Assembly: GCA_049513915.1 (NCBI GenBank)
Contig: JBEKVN010000001.1
Coordinates: 224,322 to 288,321, forward strand
DNA length: 64,000 bases
Direction: 5' to 3'
Source of the DNA: Candidatus Aminicenantales bacterium
Lineage (GTDB): Bacteria > Acidobacteriota > Aminicenantia > Aminicenantales > Saccharicenantaceae
The position numbers and the translations under genes were made by a program. A model generated the notes under the pieces. The model was not told the origin of the DNA and searched no databases. It saw only the letters and a list, made by a program, of their open reading frames with translations. Shown here one piece after another: positions 9,263-18,237 of this stretch; position 1 is the stretch's first letter; each line of letters opens with the position of its first letter.

Positions 9263-10153
9263 ATGAGGCTCATCGACATCATCCGCAAGCACCGGCGCGT
9301 TTTTCTGTTCGCCGTGTCCCTCGTCGTCATCGAAAAACTGGCCTGGATCGTCGAGCCGACCCTCTTTGGCCGTCTCCTCGACAGCCTCATCGCGGTCTTC
9401 GGCTCGAAGGAGGCCGTCTCCTACGCCACCCCCCTTGTCCTGTGGGTTGGGGCGTTCGCCGTCAATTCGGGAGTCGGCGCGGCCCGGCGGTCCATCGACG
9501 AAAAAATCTACCTGAACATGTTCACGAACATCGCGGTCGAAGTGACGGAATCGAGCCAGCAGAAAGGTCTGGACGTCGCCAAGACGGCCTCCCGCGTCGA
9601 ACTCTCCCGGGACTACGTAACCTTCCTCAAGCGGCGCGTTCCGGACTTCATTGAACAGTTCTTCGACCTTGGCGGCACGGCCATCGCCCTGGCCCTCTAC
9701 GACATGCGGATCTCGTTAACCTGCCTCCTCATCGCCCTGCCGCTCCTGGTCATCAACCGGTTCTACTCCAAAAAAGTCTTCGGCCTCCAGAAAGAGATCC
9801 ATGACCTGCGGGAAAGCGTCTTCGAGATCTTCGCCAGGAAGGATATCCGGCACGTCCGGGCCTACTACGATTCGATGGTCGAGCCGCAGAAGAAGATCGC
9901 CAACTGGAGCGCGCTCAATTTCGGCCTGATCCGGCTCTGCCTCCTCGGAATTTTCCTTGTTGTCCTCTATATCGCGATCGACATCGACCAGTTCTCGACG
10001 GGGCAGACCTATTCCGTCGTCGCCTATCTCTGGACGTTTGTCACGAGCACCGAGTATCTGCCGGATCTCATGGAGAGCTACTCCTCCCTAAAAGAGATCC
10101 AGGACCGGGTGCGGTTGGAGTCGCCGTCCGACAACGGCTTTGGCGGGAAGTGA
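9263..10153 (+). CDS. ABC transporter six-transmembrane domain protein (no ATPase domain)
   Basis: ABC-membrane-like TM pattern (VEPTLFGRLLDSL...); no Walker A in this or adjacent ORFs. Confidence 0.75.
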   Translation: MRLIDIIRKHRRVFLFAVSLVVIEKLAWIVEPTLFGRLLDSLIAVFGSKEAVSYATPLVLWVGAFAVNSGVGAARRSIDEKIYLNMFTNIAVEVTESSQQKGLDVAKTASRVELSRDYVTFLKRRVPDFIEQFFDLGGTAIALALYDMRISLTCLLIALPLLVINRFYSKKVFGLQKEIHDLRESVFEIFARKDIRHVRAYYDSMVEPQKKIANWSALNFGLIRLCLLGIFLVVLYIAIDIDQFSTGQTYSVVAYLWTFVTSTEYLPDLMESYSSLKEIQDRVRLESPSDNGFGGK

Positions 10154-10180
10154 TGGGGGATGGCGGGGAGTCCGCGGCTG

Positions 10181-11038
10181 ATGAAGACGACGCGCGAGGA
10201 TGGACGGATTCGCAAGACCGCGGGACGGGTCGCCGCCGCGGCCGTCCTGGCGGCGGTCTTGGCCCTGGCCGCCTGCGGCGCGGGCCCGGCGGCCCGCATC
10301 AGGCCGCCTTCGATGACCGGCCAGCCGTATCTCCGGTTTTACGGCCAAGCCGGCGGGTTCGCCGTTTGGGTCGTCAACGGGGCCTTCGTCCGGGAGAACC
10401 TCGACGAGGAATTCACGAATTTCGGCCAGCACCTGAATTTTCGCTTCATCCCGGCCCAAGAATTCTGGCTCGACGAGGAAAACGCCCCGGGCGAGGAGAG
10501 GTTCTTCATCGACCATCTTCTCGTGGAGAACAGGGTCATGGCCCGCGGGGCCGCCTACGACAAGGCCCTGGACCAGGCGGACGCAGCGGAGAAGTCGGAG
10601 AGAGACAAAAACCCGCGCGCCGTGGAAGCCGGGGGGCTCGTGAAGACCGGCCGGACGGACGATCTGCTGCGCATGGTTCACAAGGAACTGCTCAAGGAAT
10701 TCAGCGCGGACGTCAAGGTATGGGTCGTCGACGGCGAGCTCGTCCGGGACGTTTTCTTCATCGATTTCACGGAAGGCGGGCACGACAAGGTCTACAAGTT
10801 CGTTCCGGCCGGCGAAGTCTGGCTCGACGACGACGTCAATCCGGGGGAGCGCAGATTCATCCTTCTCCATGAGCTCCACGAGCGGGCCCTTATGGCGCGC
10901 GGCTGGCCGTACGGGCGGGCCCATAAGGATTCGAGCCGGGTCGAATTTCAGTGCCGCTGCAACCCGGGCCTGCTGGACGCCGCCCTCCGGGCGGAGGTCA
11001 AGAACAACACGTCATCAGGCTCTCCGGAACGGCGTTAG
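10181..11038 (+). CDS. Hypothetical lipoprotein with internally duplicated domain and putative metal-binding HELHE...AH motif
   Basis: Lipobox LAAC; two repeats of about 75 aa (VWVVxG..VR...F(I/V)PA.E.WLD). Alternative start at 10160. Confidence 0.75.
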   Translation: MKTTREDGRIRKTAGRVAAAAVLAAVLALAACGAGPAARIRPPSMTGQPYLRFYGQAGGFAVWVVNGAFVRENLDEEFTNFGQHLNFRFIPAQEFWLDEENAPGEERFFIDHLLVENRVMARGAAYDKALDQADAAEKSERDKNPRAVEAGGLVKTGRTDDLLRMVHKELLKEFSADVKVWVVDGELVRDVFFIDFTEGGHDKVYKFVPAGEVWLDDDVNPGERRFILLHELHERALMARGWPYGRAHKDSSRVEFQCRCNPGLLDAALRAEVKNNTSSGSPERR

Positions 11039-11044
11039 CTAATC

Positions 11045-11068
11045 GGGGGACAGAGTATAGTGTCCCCC
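11045..11068. repeat. Family B palindrome
   Basis: Reverse complement differs from 3466-3487 by one base; lies between convergent genes. Confidence 0.85.
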
Positions 11069-11075
11069 TAAGTGA

Positions 11076-12347
11076 TTATTTTTTCCGGCGCACCGGCGGC
11101 ACCCAGTTCTCGATGAATCTCCTCCCGCCGCTCTCCCGCTCGTCGACGAGCGCCTGGAAGATGGCCTTCATGTGCTGGTAGGGGAGCGTCCCGATGATCA
11201 TCCGGTTATTGATGATGATGGTTGGCGTCGACCGAATTCCGTGCGAATACTTGTCGGACGTTTTCTCGTATTCGGCGCCGGTGTTGATGATCCTCTCGAT
11301 GAGGTCGCGGATGTTGAGGTCGGCGATGGCCTCCTCCGTGCCGTACTTCTTGGCCAGGGCCCGTCGCCATTCCGGGTTCCGGGCCGACCGGAAATTGGCC
11401 CAGATCTCGTTGTGGATCTCGGGGAACCGGGCCAGGTTCCCGGCCGCGATATAGGCCATCTCGCAGGCGCCGGGGTGGAGGCTGGCCTTTTCGGGGACGA
11501 CGGTGTTGCAGATGCCCTCGAGCGGGAAGAACTGGAAAGCGACATTGATCTTGCCCGCGAACTCTTTGTTCAGCTTTTCGAGCTGCTGGGCGAGGTAGAG
11601 GCAGTCCGGGCAGAGGAAATCGGCGTATTCGACGATTTGGATGGGCGCGTCCTCGAACCGCTCCGTGGACTTTACCGACCAGTAGGGCGAGAGGAAGCTC
11701 GGCGAGGCCACCTTGGGAAGCTCGTAGAACTGCTTGACGATGTTCGCGGCCATCCCCGCCTGGGCGTCTTTCTTCGCGTCGTGATACTGGACGACGCCGT
11801 ACGCGCCGGACGCCGCGATGACGGCGAAAACGGCCAGCAGTTTGACGGACGGCTGGACCCATTGCGAGAAGAGGTTCTTCCTGTCGCGGCCGGTCCCGTA
11901 GATCCAGAACAGGACGAAGCTCAGGATTGAGAACAGGTAAAAGCCCGAACAGAGAAGGCACAGGCTGCCCATGACGAGAAGCGAATAGAGGAGAAGGCCG
12001 ACGACACCCACGACGTTGAGGAGCGCCAGGGCCTTGTTGGTCCGCTCGAACGCCTCGGACGGGATGACCGCGCCGAGCGCCACAAGCGCGCCCAGGAAGA
12101 GGCCGAAGAAGCCGAGCGGGACGCCCATGACCTGGGAGATGGGCGAGAAGGCCGAGCTGTCGCAGTTGAAGAAGGCGCTGATGTCGCAGAAGGAGCCGGT
12201 GAAGATCGTAGCCGGGTAATTGGCCAGGAAAAAGTGGCGGATGGTCAGGGCCGAGGCCGCGATCATGCCCAGTCCCGAGACGAGACTCAGGACGCGGGGC
12301 GCGGTCCAGCCGCCGAGCGTCAGCGTCCGTGGCTTCTGATATTCCAT
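11076..12347 (-). CDS. Vitamin K epoxide reductase (VKOR) - DsbA/thioredoxin fusion
   Basis: VKOR cysteines (FCDIS..FNCD; LCLLC) in the TM domain plus DFLCPDC and STPT in the C-terminal domain; ATG 12347 with RBS GAGGAG. Confidence 0.9.
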   Translation of the reverse strand: MEYQKPRTLTLGGWTAPRVLSLVSGLGMIAASALTIRHFFLANYPATIFTGSFCDISAFFNCDSSAFSPISQVMGVPLGFFGLFLGALVALGAVIPSEAFERTNKALALLNVVGVVGLLLYSLLVMGSLCLLCSGFYLFSILSFVLFWIYGTGRDRKNLFSQWVQPSVKLLAVFAVIAASGAYGVVQYHDAKKDAQAGMAANIVKQFYELPKVASPSFLSPYWSVKSTERFEDAPIQIVEYADFLCPDCLYLAQQLEKLNKEFAGKINVAFQFFPLEGICNTVVPEKASLHPGACEMAYIAAGNLARFPEIHNEIWANFRSARNPEWRRALAKKYGTEEAIADLNIRDLIERIINTGAEYEKTSDKYSHGIRSTPTIIINNRMIIGTLPYQHMKAIFQALVDERESGGRRFIENWVPPVRRKK

Positions 12348-12361
12348 GCCTACTCTCCTCA

Positions 12362-13840
12362 TCACACGGCCGGGGGGCGGGGGATATTCTGCCGTCTGGG
12401 GCGCCGGCGGCGGCGCCGTTTTTCCGGCGGGCGGCCGGTCCCGAACCGGGTATCGAAGATCCGCTCGAACGGGTCTTCGCCCTCGCCAAACGTCCCCTGG
12501 GCGAGGAGGGCGGTGATCCTCGAGGCGAACGGGTAGTGGGCGCGCTTCTTCAACGCCCAGCGCATGCGGCCCGAGGAGAGCGCTTCGAGCATGTGTTCGA
12601 CGATGACGAGCGTCTGGACGGCTTCGAGGAGGATGCCCTTGGGGACGAGGGCGGCTGGCTTGCAGTCCCGGAAGGCCTGGTAGAGGACCTTGGTCTTGTC
12701 TCCCTCCGCGTCGGCAAGGATTGTCCGGGCCCAGGGCCAGAGGAGGAGGGAGTAGATGAGTTCCGGGGCCAGGGGGGCGCCGCGCGCGACGGCGGCATCG
12801 AGGGCGTCGAGATATTCCGTGAGGCGGGCGAAGGCGTCATCGGATCGCTGGTAGAAATCGCCCATCCGGCCGAGGATGACGGGGAGGAGGTCGTGGCAGC
12901 GGGCGAGCTCGAAAAACGGGCGGGCGGCGCCCGACTTCATGTCCTTGTTGAGCTCCTCGAAGAGCCGGGACCCGGGGGCCGCGCCGAGGCGATGGCGGTG
13001 ATAGGGAATGGCCCGCGCCGTGCGCTCTTCGATCGAGAAGCCGAGGCGGGAGGCGTGGCGGATGACGCGCCAGATCCGGACGGGATCCTCCGTGTAGCTT
13101 TCGTCGGGGTCGCCGATGATCCGGACGCGGCTCTGGCGGAGGTCGTCGAGCCCGCCGACGTAGTCGATGACGGAGTAGGTCGAGATGTCGTAGAACAAAG
13201 CGTTGATCGTGATGTCGCGGCGGAAGGCGTCTTCCTGAGGCGTCCCGAAGGCGATGGGCTTGAGCGGCGGCCGGCCGGGGATCGGGATGGGTTTCCGGAG
13301 TTCGGGAGCTGGCGGCGGCTCGACGACATCGTCTTCAGGCGTGGCAGGAGCGGCTTGGACCGCGTTTTGCGGCTCGTGGGGTTCGACGTCTTGTGCGACG
13401 TCAAAAGCGCACGGAGCGGCGGATTCGGCGGCATCAAGGGCCTTCTCTGCCTCGGCCGCCCTCATCTCTTCCTCCCGCTCGGCCCGGAGCTCCTCTTCGT
13501 CCGGCTTTCTGCGGAAGGTGGACACCTCGACGATCTTGTTGCCCTGAAACTTGATGTGGGCCAGGCGGAAGCGCCGTCCGATGAGGAACGCGTTCCGGAA
13601 TAGCTTCTTGATCTGGTTGGGATGGGCGTCCGTGCTGATGTCGAAATCGGCCGGCCGGCGGTCCAGAAGAAGGTCGCGGACCGCGCCGCCGACGAGGTAG
13701 GCGATGAAGCCGTGGCCGTTCAGGCGATAGAGGACCTTGAGGGCGTCGTAATCGATGTCGCGCCGCGAGATCGAATGGCGGGACCGGTCGAGAATGACGG
13801 GGCCGTTGAGCTGGGGGTCGGTCAGGGGTTTATCGTCCAT
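12362..13840 (-). CDS. pcnB: Poly(A) polymerase I-type nucleotidyltransferase
   Basis: LVGGAVRDLLL..DFDI, PAP signature LIGRRFRLAHI, RRDITIN, EDPVRI and an Arg-rich tail. Confidence 0.85.
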   Translation of the reverse strand: MDDKPLTDPQLNGPVILDRSRHSISRRDIDYDALKVLYRLNGHGFIAYLVGGAVRDLLLDRRPADFDISTDAHPNQIKKLFRNAFLIGRRFRLAHIKFQGNKIVEVSTFRRKPDEEELRAEREEEMRAAEAEKALDAAESAAPCAFDVAQDVEPHEPQNAVQAAPATPEDDVVEPPPAPELRKPIPIPGRPPLKPIAFGTPQEDAFRRDITINALFYDISTYSVIDYVGGLDDLRQSRVRIIGDPDESYTEDPVRIWRVIRHASRLGFSIEERTARAIPYHRHRLGAAPGSRLFEELNKDMKSGAARPFFELARCHDLLPVILGRMGDFYQRSDDAFARLTEYLDALDAAVARGAPLAPELIYSLLLWPWARTILADAEGDKTKVLYQAFRDCKPAALVPKGILLEAVQTLVIVEHMLEALSSGRMRWALKKRAHYPFASRITALLAQGTFGEGEDPFERIFDTRFGTGRPPEKRRRRRRPRRQNIPRPPAV

Positions 13841-13950
13841 GGATGGGTGAGTCGGGCATCGGCGAGCCGGCTGATATGAGCGTCATAGGCCATCAGGATA
13901 AACCAAACCGGCCGGGGAATCAATTCCATTCGACGTTCGTTCGACGATAA

Positions 13951-14032
13951 TTCGGTGACACACAACTAATTACCGAAATTGTCGGCCTGATGGTCACGTC
14001 CCTAATTCGGTAATTAGTTGTGTGTCACCGAA
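13951..14032. repeat. Family C inverted repeat (27-bp perfect arms, 28-bp spacer)
   Basis: TTCGGTGACACACAACTAATTACCGAA at 13951-13977 is the exact reverse complement of 14006-14032. Confidence 0.95.
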
Positions 14033-14109
14033 ATAGAAAAAGGCACTTGACAATACCCCCACTCGGATGAGTTAAATAGGGGTAGCGACGGTCCGGGGGG
14101 ACGGGAAAT

Positions 14110-15318
14110 ATGAACAACCCACAAGGCCTGTCGAAATTAGGGGTTCTTAGCTTCGCCAACGTTTCTCTCTTTATCGTCATTTCCGCCAGCCTGATATCCC
14201 TTGCGCTGGCCCCGGCGCCGGCCTGCGCTGCCGACGACAGCCTAGTTCAGAACGTCCCCTCAACCTCTGCTCAGGCCCCCTCCGCCGGGTCCGCCGCAGC
14301 CACCGAGACCAACAAATCCTTCAGCGGATTCCCAATCCTGATCTACGATTCGGACATCGGCTTCGGGTACGGTGGTAAAGTCAAATTCGTCAATTACTTC
14401 CGCGGCAGGGAATCTCTCGACCTCATCGCCTTCAACTCGACGAAAGGCGAGCGCTGGTACGTCTTCACCTTCTCCATCCCCGACACCGAGATCCGCCAGG
14501 GGACGCGTTACGGCCTTTCGTTCGACCTCAGGGCCGAATACGACAAGTACGTGGTATACAACTTCTACGGCATCGGCCCTGGCTCCGCAAAAGACGACGT
14601 CACCTCCGCATCGTACCTGAAGGAGGAGCTGGGGCTGACGTTCGGGCGCGGCTTCAGCCCGGCGTTCATCCTCGAGGGCGCCTATATTCTCCGGAATTAC
14701 AAGACCTTCAACGTCGAGCCGGACCGGCCTTTTACGAGTCTCCTCGACGCCGAGGGTAAAAAGTTTTCTCCCTACCTCTCCCTGACCTTCCGCTACGACA
14801 CCTCGAACAGCCAGATCCATCCGACCCGCGGCGTTCGGTTCCTCTTCGAGAATGATTTCGCCGGCCGGGCCGTGGGGAACAAAGCTGGGAAATACTACAG
14901 GATGACCCTCGACCTCCGCTCCTACACGCGGCTCTTCTTCCCGAAGGCGGTGCTGGCCGTGCGCGGGCTCATCCAGCACGTTTCGGGCCCGAATATCCCG
15001 CTCTGGGAGCTGTCGACGCTCGGCGGCGCGTCGACCATGACCGCCATGCGCGGCTATGCCCTAAATCGCTTCATGGACAAGGGCAAATTCCTGGCCGCCG
15101 TGGAGTACCGTTTCCCGATTTGGAAGCGCATCGGCGGAAATATTTTCGCCGAGGGCGGGCAGGTTTGGCCTTCCTGGAGCGCGATCTCGCTCAGGCCGGC
15201 GGCCTTCGATGCCGGCTGGGGGCTCCGGTACTACCTCGCGAATTTCGTGGCCCGCTTCGACATGGGCTTCAGCCGCGAAGGGACCGGCATCTACTTCAAC
15301 TTCGGCCACCTGTTTTAG
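14110..15318 (+). CDS. Omp85/BamA-TamA family outer-membrane beta-barrel protein (no clear POTRA domains)
   Basis: Signal peptide, MRGYALNRF (VRGY-like) motif, C-terminal FNFGHLF. Confidence 0.8.
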   Translation: MNNPQGLSKLGVLSFANVSLFIVISASLISLALAPAPACAADDSLVQNVPSTSAQAPSAGSAAATETNKSFSGFPILIYDSDIGFGYGGKVKFVNYFRGRESLDLIAFNSTKGERWYVFTFSIPDTEIRQGTRYGLSFDLRAEYDKYVVYNFYGIGPGSAKDDVTSASYLKEELGLTFGRGFSPAFILEGAYILRNYKTFNVEPDRPFTSLLDAEGKKFSPYLSLTFRYDTSNSQIHPTRGVRFLFENDFAGRAVGNKAGKYYRMTLDLRSYTRLFFPKAVLAVRGLIQHVSGPNIPLWELSTLGGASTMTAMRGYALNRFMDKGKFLAAVEYRFPIWKRIGGNIFAEGGQVWPSWSAISLRPAAFDAGWGLRYYLANFVARFDMGFSREGTGIYFNFGHLF

Positions 15319-15320
15319 TT

Positions 15321-15992
15321 CTAGTAACGTTCCCGGATAACCTTCACGACGGCCGCGAACGATTCCGGGACGGCCGAGCTGATCTTCAGCCGCTCTCCAT
15401 CCGGCAGGGCGAACTCGATCTCGAGGGCGTGAAGCATCAGCCGCGGGAAGTTTTCCTGCGCCGCCCGTTCCCCGTACTTCAAATCCCCCACGATGGGGTG
15501 GCCAAGGCTGTAGAGGTGGACGCGGATCTGGTGGCGCCGCCCGGTCAGCGGAAAAGCCCGCACGAGCGTGAATCCCTTGAGCCGTTCCTCGACCTTGAAT
15601 TCCGTGGCCGAGGGCTTGCCGCTCTTCGGGTCGATGCCCATCCGCCCCGACCCGAACTCGCGGATCGGCTTGTTGATGGTGCCCCGGTTCGCCGTGATGA
15701 TCCCGTGGGTCAGGGCCAGGTAGGTTTTCCGGACGGACCGCCGGTCGAATTCGCCGTTCAGGTGCCGGTGCATGGCCGCGTCCTTGGCGAAGATGATGAC
15801 GCCGCTCGCCTCGCGGTCGAGCCTGTGGACCGTGTAGAGTCGCCCCGCGAAGACGTCGAGCAGAAGTTCCGGCAGGCCGCCCTTTCCCGCCTCGGATATC
15901 GAAACCACGCCCTCGGGCTTGTCGACGGCGAGGATCGCGTCGTTTTCGAAGAGGACCCGGATCCCGGGCCCGGGAGCGGCGCCCGCGGTCAC
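15321..15992 (-). CDS. RluA family RNA pseudouridine synthase
   Basis: DKPEG, catalytic HRLDREASG, TGRRHQIRVH and LMLHA motifs. Confidence 0.93.
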   Translation of the reverse strand: MTAGAAPGPGIRVLFENDAILAVDKPEGVVSISEAGKGGLPELLLDVFAGRLYTVHRLDREASGVIIFAKDAAMHRHLNGEFDRRSVRKTYLALTHGIITANRGTINKPIREFGSGRMGIDPKSGKPSATEFKVEERLKGFTLVRAFPLTGRRHQIRVHLYSLGHPIVGDLKYGERAAQENFPRLMLHALEIEFALPDGERLKISSAVPESFAAVVKVIRERY

Positions 15993-16750
15993 TTTTTATT
16001 GAAATCCTTCCCCTTGAGCTTTTCTCCGGCCGTCTTCTTCTCCTCGGCCGTCTCGGGGATGAGCTTCGGGTCGGGCTCCATGGCGATCACGAACTCGAGT
16101 TCCTCCCGCGCCTTTTGGATGTCCTTCATGGCCAGGTAAGTGTCGGCCAGGTAGATCCGGGTCAACCCGACCCGCGGCCCCAGCTCCTTGGATTTCAGGA
16201 GATGATCGAGCGACTTTTTATTGTCCCCGCCGAAGAGGCCGGGCAGCTCGTAATAGACGCGGCCCAGCACCCGGTCGGCCCCGCCGTCGTCGAACGCCGG
16301 GTCGATGGACAGGACCTTGCTCATTTCCTCCTTGATGGGATTGACGAGCGACAGGCTCTTGAGAACGCCCTTGGCCTCGCCGTAGACGCCGTAGTTCACG
16401 CCGAGCCAGTAATGGCCCTCGGGTTTGTCCGGGTCGGCGGTAACCGCCTTCTTGCCGTGATAAACCCCCATGCTCAGAATCTGCTTCTTATCGTCCATGT
16501 CCGTCGTGTGGTCGCCGATCCAATACTCCACGCGGGCCATCCTCCAGTAAACACCGTAGGCGTCCTCCTTGGCGATCAGGGCGTCCTGGTACTTGGCCAG
16601 GGCCTCTTTAGCCTTGGCCAGGTCGCCGCGCTGCTCATAGAGTTCGTCGCCCTGCTGGGCCAGCGTTTTCGTTTCCTGAGCATAGGCGGTGAGCGCCGGG
16701 AGAAGGATGAAAAGCGCAAAAAGAGGGATGATCGTCGTTCGTGATTTCAT
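15989..16750 (-). CDS. Secreted TPR-like protein (TatT/RMDN-like)
   Basis: Signal peptide from ATG 16750; helical repeats HYWLGVNYG..GRVYYELPG. Confidence 0.7.
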   Translation of the reverse strand: MKSRTTIIPLFALFILLPALTAYAQETKTLAQQGDELYEQRGDLAKAKEALAKYQDALIAKEDAYGVYWRMARVEYWIGDHTTDMDDKKQILSMGVYHGKKAVTADPDKPEGHYWLGVNYGVYGEAKGVLKSLSLVNPIKEEMSKVLSIDPAFDDGGADRVLGRVYYELPGLFGGDNKKSLDHLLKSKELGPRVGLTRIYLADTYLAMKDIQKAREELEFVIAMEPDPKLIPETAEEKKTAGEKLKGKDFNKK

Positions 16751-16881
16751 GCCCGAACCTCGCTTCCCGATATATAGCACAAAGCCCCCGCCGGGCAAAG
16801 CCCCCGCTTGGGGCTAGCCCCGCCTTGCGGGGTAAAGGACCCGCCAGTATAAAGTCCCTGCTTATGGGACCTAGTCCCGCC

Positions 16882-16911
16882 TTGACAATCCCACCGGCTG
16901 CGCACTACGAT
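16882..16911 (+). promoter_or_regulatory. Sigma70-type promoter TTGACA-N18-TACGAT
   Basis: Directly upstream of the enolase-superfamily gene. Confidence 0.55.
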
Positions 16912-16946
16912 TCCCGCATCCCGATCCGTCGTCCATGGAGGTCCGC

Positions 16947-18101
16947 ATGACATCGACATCCCGCCAGTCGCCCACTGCCACCCTTGAGACGCTCGCTCTC
17001 CCGAAAATCGACCACGTCGATCTCGTCACGGTCAAACTGCCCTTCGTCGCCCCGTTCGGGACGAGTGTCTACGTCTGGACCGACAAGGAAGCCATGCTCA
17101 TGCGCCTCGAGTCCGGCGGTGTCACAGCCTGGAGCGAATGCGTCTCCGACCCCGACCCGTTCTATTTCTACGAAACGAACACGACGGCCCGCCACATAAT
17201 CAAGGACTTCCTGATGCCCCTCGTCGAGCCGGGGATGACGCTCGGGGAGCTCGGAGCGCGCTTCCGGCACGTCCGCGGCCATGGCATGGCCAAGGCGACG
17301 ATCGAGAACGGCCTGCTCATCCTGATCGCCCTCCAGAAGGGCCTCCCGCTCCACGAGCTCCTGGGCCGGCCGGCCAAGAAGATCATGTCGGGGCTGAGCA
17401 TCGGCCTAAAGGAGACACAGGCCGAGCTCCTGGCCGCCGTGGAAAAAGCCGTGGCCAAAAAGTACCAGCGCGTCAAAATGAAGATCAAGAAGGGCCAGGA
17501 CGTGGAATGGGTACGGGCCGTGCGCGAGCGCTTCCCGGACATCCGGCTCATGGTGGACGCGAACGGGGATTATTCGCTCTCCGATATCGACCACCTCAAG
17601 CGGCTCGACGCCTTCGGCCTGATGATGGTCGAACAGCCGCTCTCCTACAGCGACATCTTCGAGCACGCCGCGCTCCAAAAGGAGATGACGACCGCGATCT
17701 GCCTCGACGAGTCCATCCACAGCCTGGCCGACGCGGCCGCGGCTATCTCGCTCGGCGCCTGCCGCATCATCAACATCAAGCAGGGGAGGGTCGGCGGCCT
17801 CCTCGAATCCATGCGGATCGCGCGCCACTGCGCCGATCACGGCATCGGCGTCTGGTCGGGCGGGATGGATGAAACGGAGATCGGCCGCGCCGTCAATATT
17901 CATCTGCAGACGGCGGTGGGCTTCACCCTGCCCGGCGACACGTCGGAAACGACGAACTACTTCGACGAAGACATCGCCGAGCCGCCCGTCGTTCTCGGGG
18001 CCGACGGCTTCATCGACATCCCGAAAGGCCCGGGCATCGGCGTCAAGGTTGTTCCGGAGCGCATCTTAAAGCGGGCCATCGCCATGGAGCGGCTCAAGTG
18101 A
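16947..18101 (+). CDS. menC: o-succinylbenzoate synthase / N-succinylamino acid racemase (enolase superfamily)
   Basis: KMKIK, DAN, EQP, DES, NIKQGRVGG and GGMDET motifs; ATG 16947 follows GGAGG. Confidence 0.85.
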   Translation: MTSTSRQSPTATLETLALPKIDHVDLVTVKLPFVAPFGTSVYVWTDKEAMLMRLESGGVTAWSECVSDPDPFYFYETNTTARHIIKDFLMPLVEPGMTLGELGARFRHVRGHGMAKATIENGLLILIALQKGLPLHELLGRPAKKIMSGLSIGLKETQAELLAAVEKAVAKKYQRVKMKIKKGQDVEWVRAVRERFPDIRLMVDANGDYSLSDIDHLKRLDAFGLMMVEQPLSYSDIFEHAALQKEMTTAICLDESIHSLADAAAAISLGACRIINIKQGRVGGLLESMRIARHCADHGIGVWSGGMDETEIGRAVNIHLQTAVGFTLPGDTSETTNYFDEDIAEPPVVLGADGFIDIPKGPGIGVKVVPERILKRAIAMERLK

Positions 18102-18128
18102 TCCGAAGGGACATGATAGCCGTCCTTA

Positions 18129-18205
18129 TCCCCCGCGCCCCCGGGCACCAGTCCCGTCGGTTCCCCCGTCGGCGGAGCCGCCGGGACCCCCTCCGCTACG
18201 GGGGC
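18129..18205 (+). repeat. Family E GC-rich multi-hairpin intergenic element
   Basis: Near-identical to the reverse complement of 41690-41766; lies between convergent genes. Confidence 0.85.
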
Positions 18206-18237
18206 TTTCGGACGGCTATCATATCCCTTCCGCTTTC

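Noticed and set aside
1128-14032. Repeat families as a CRISPR array or intact IS element
   Set aside because: No regularly spaced direct repeats with unique spacers, no cas genes, and no transposase ORF in the window.
16947-18101. menC as proof of a menaquinone operon
   Set aside because: No other men genes are adjacent; the subfamily is often a bifunctional racemase.
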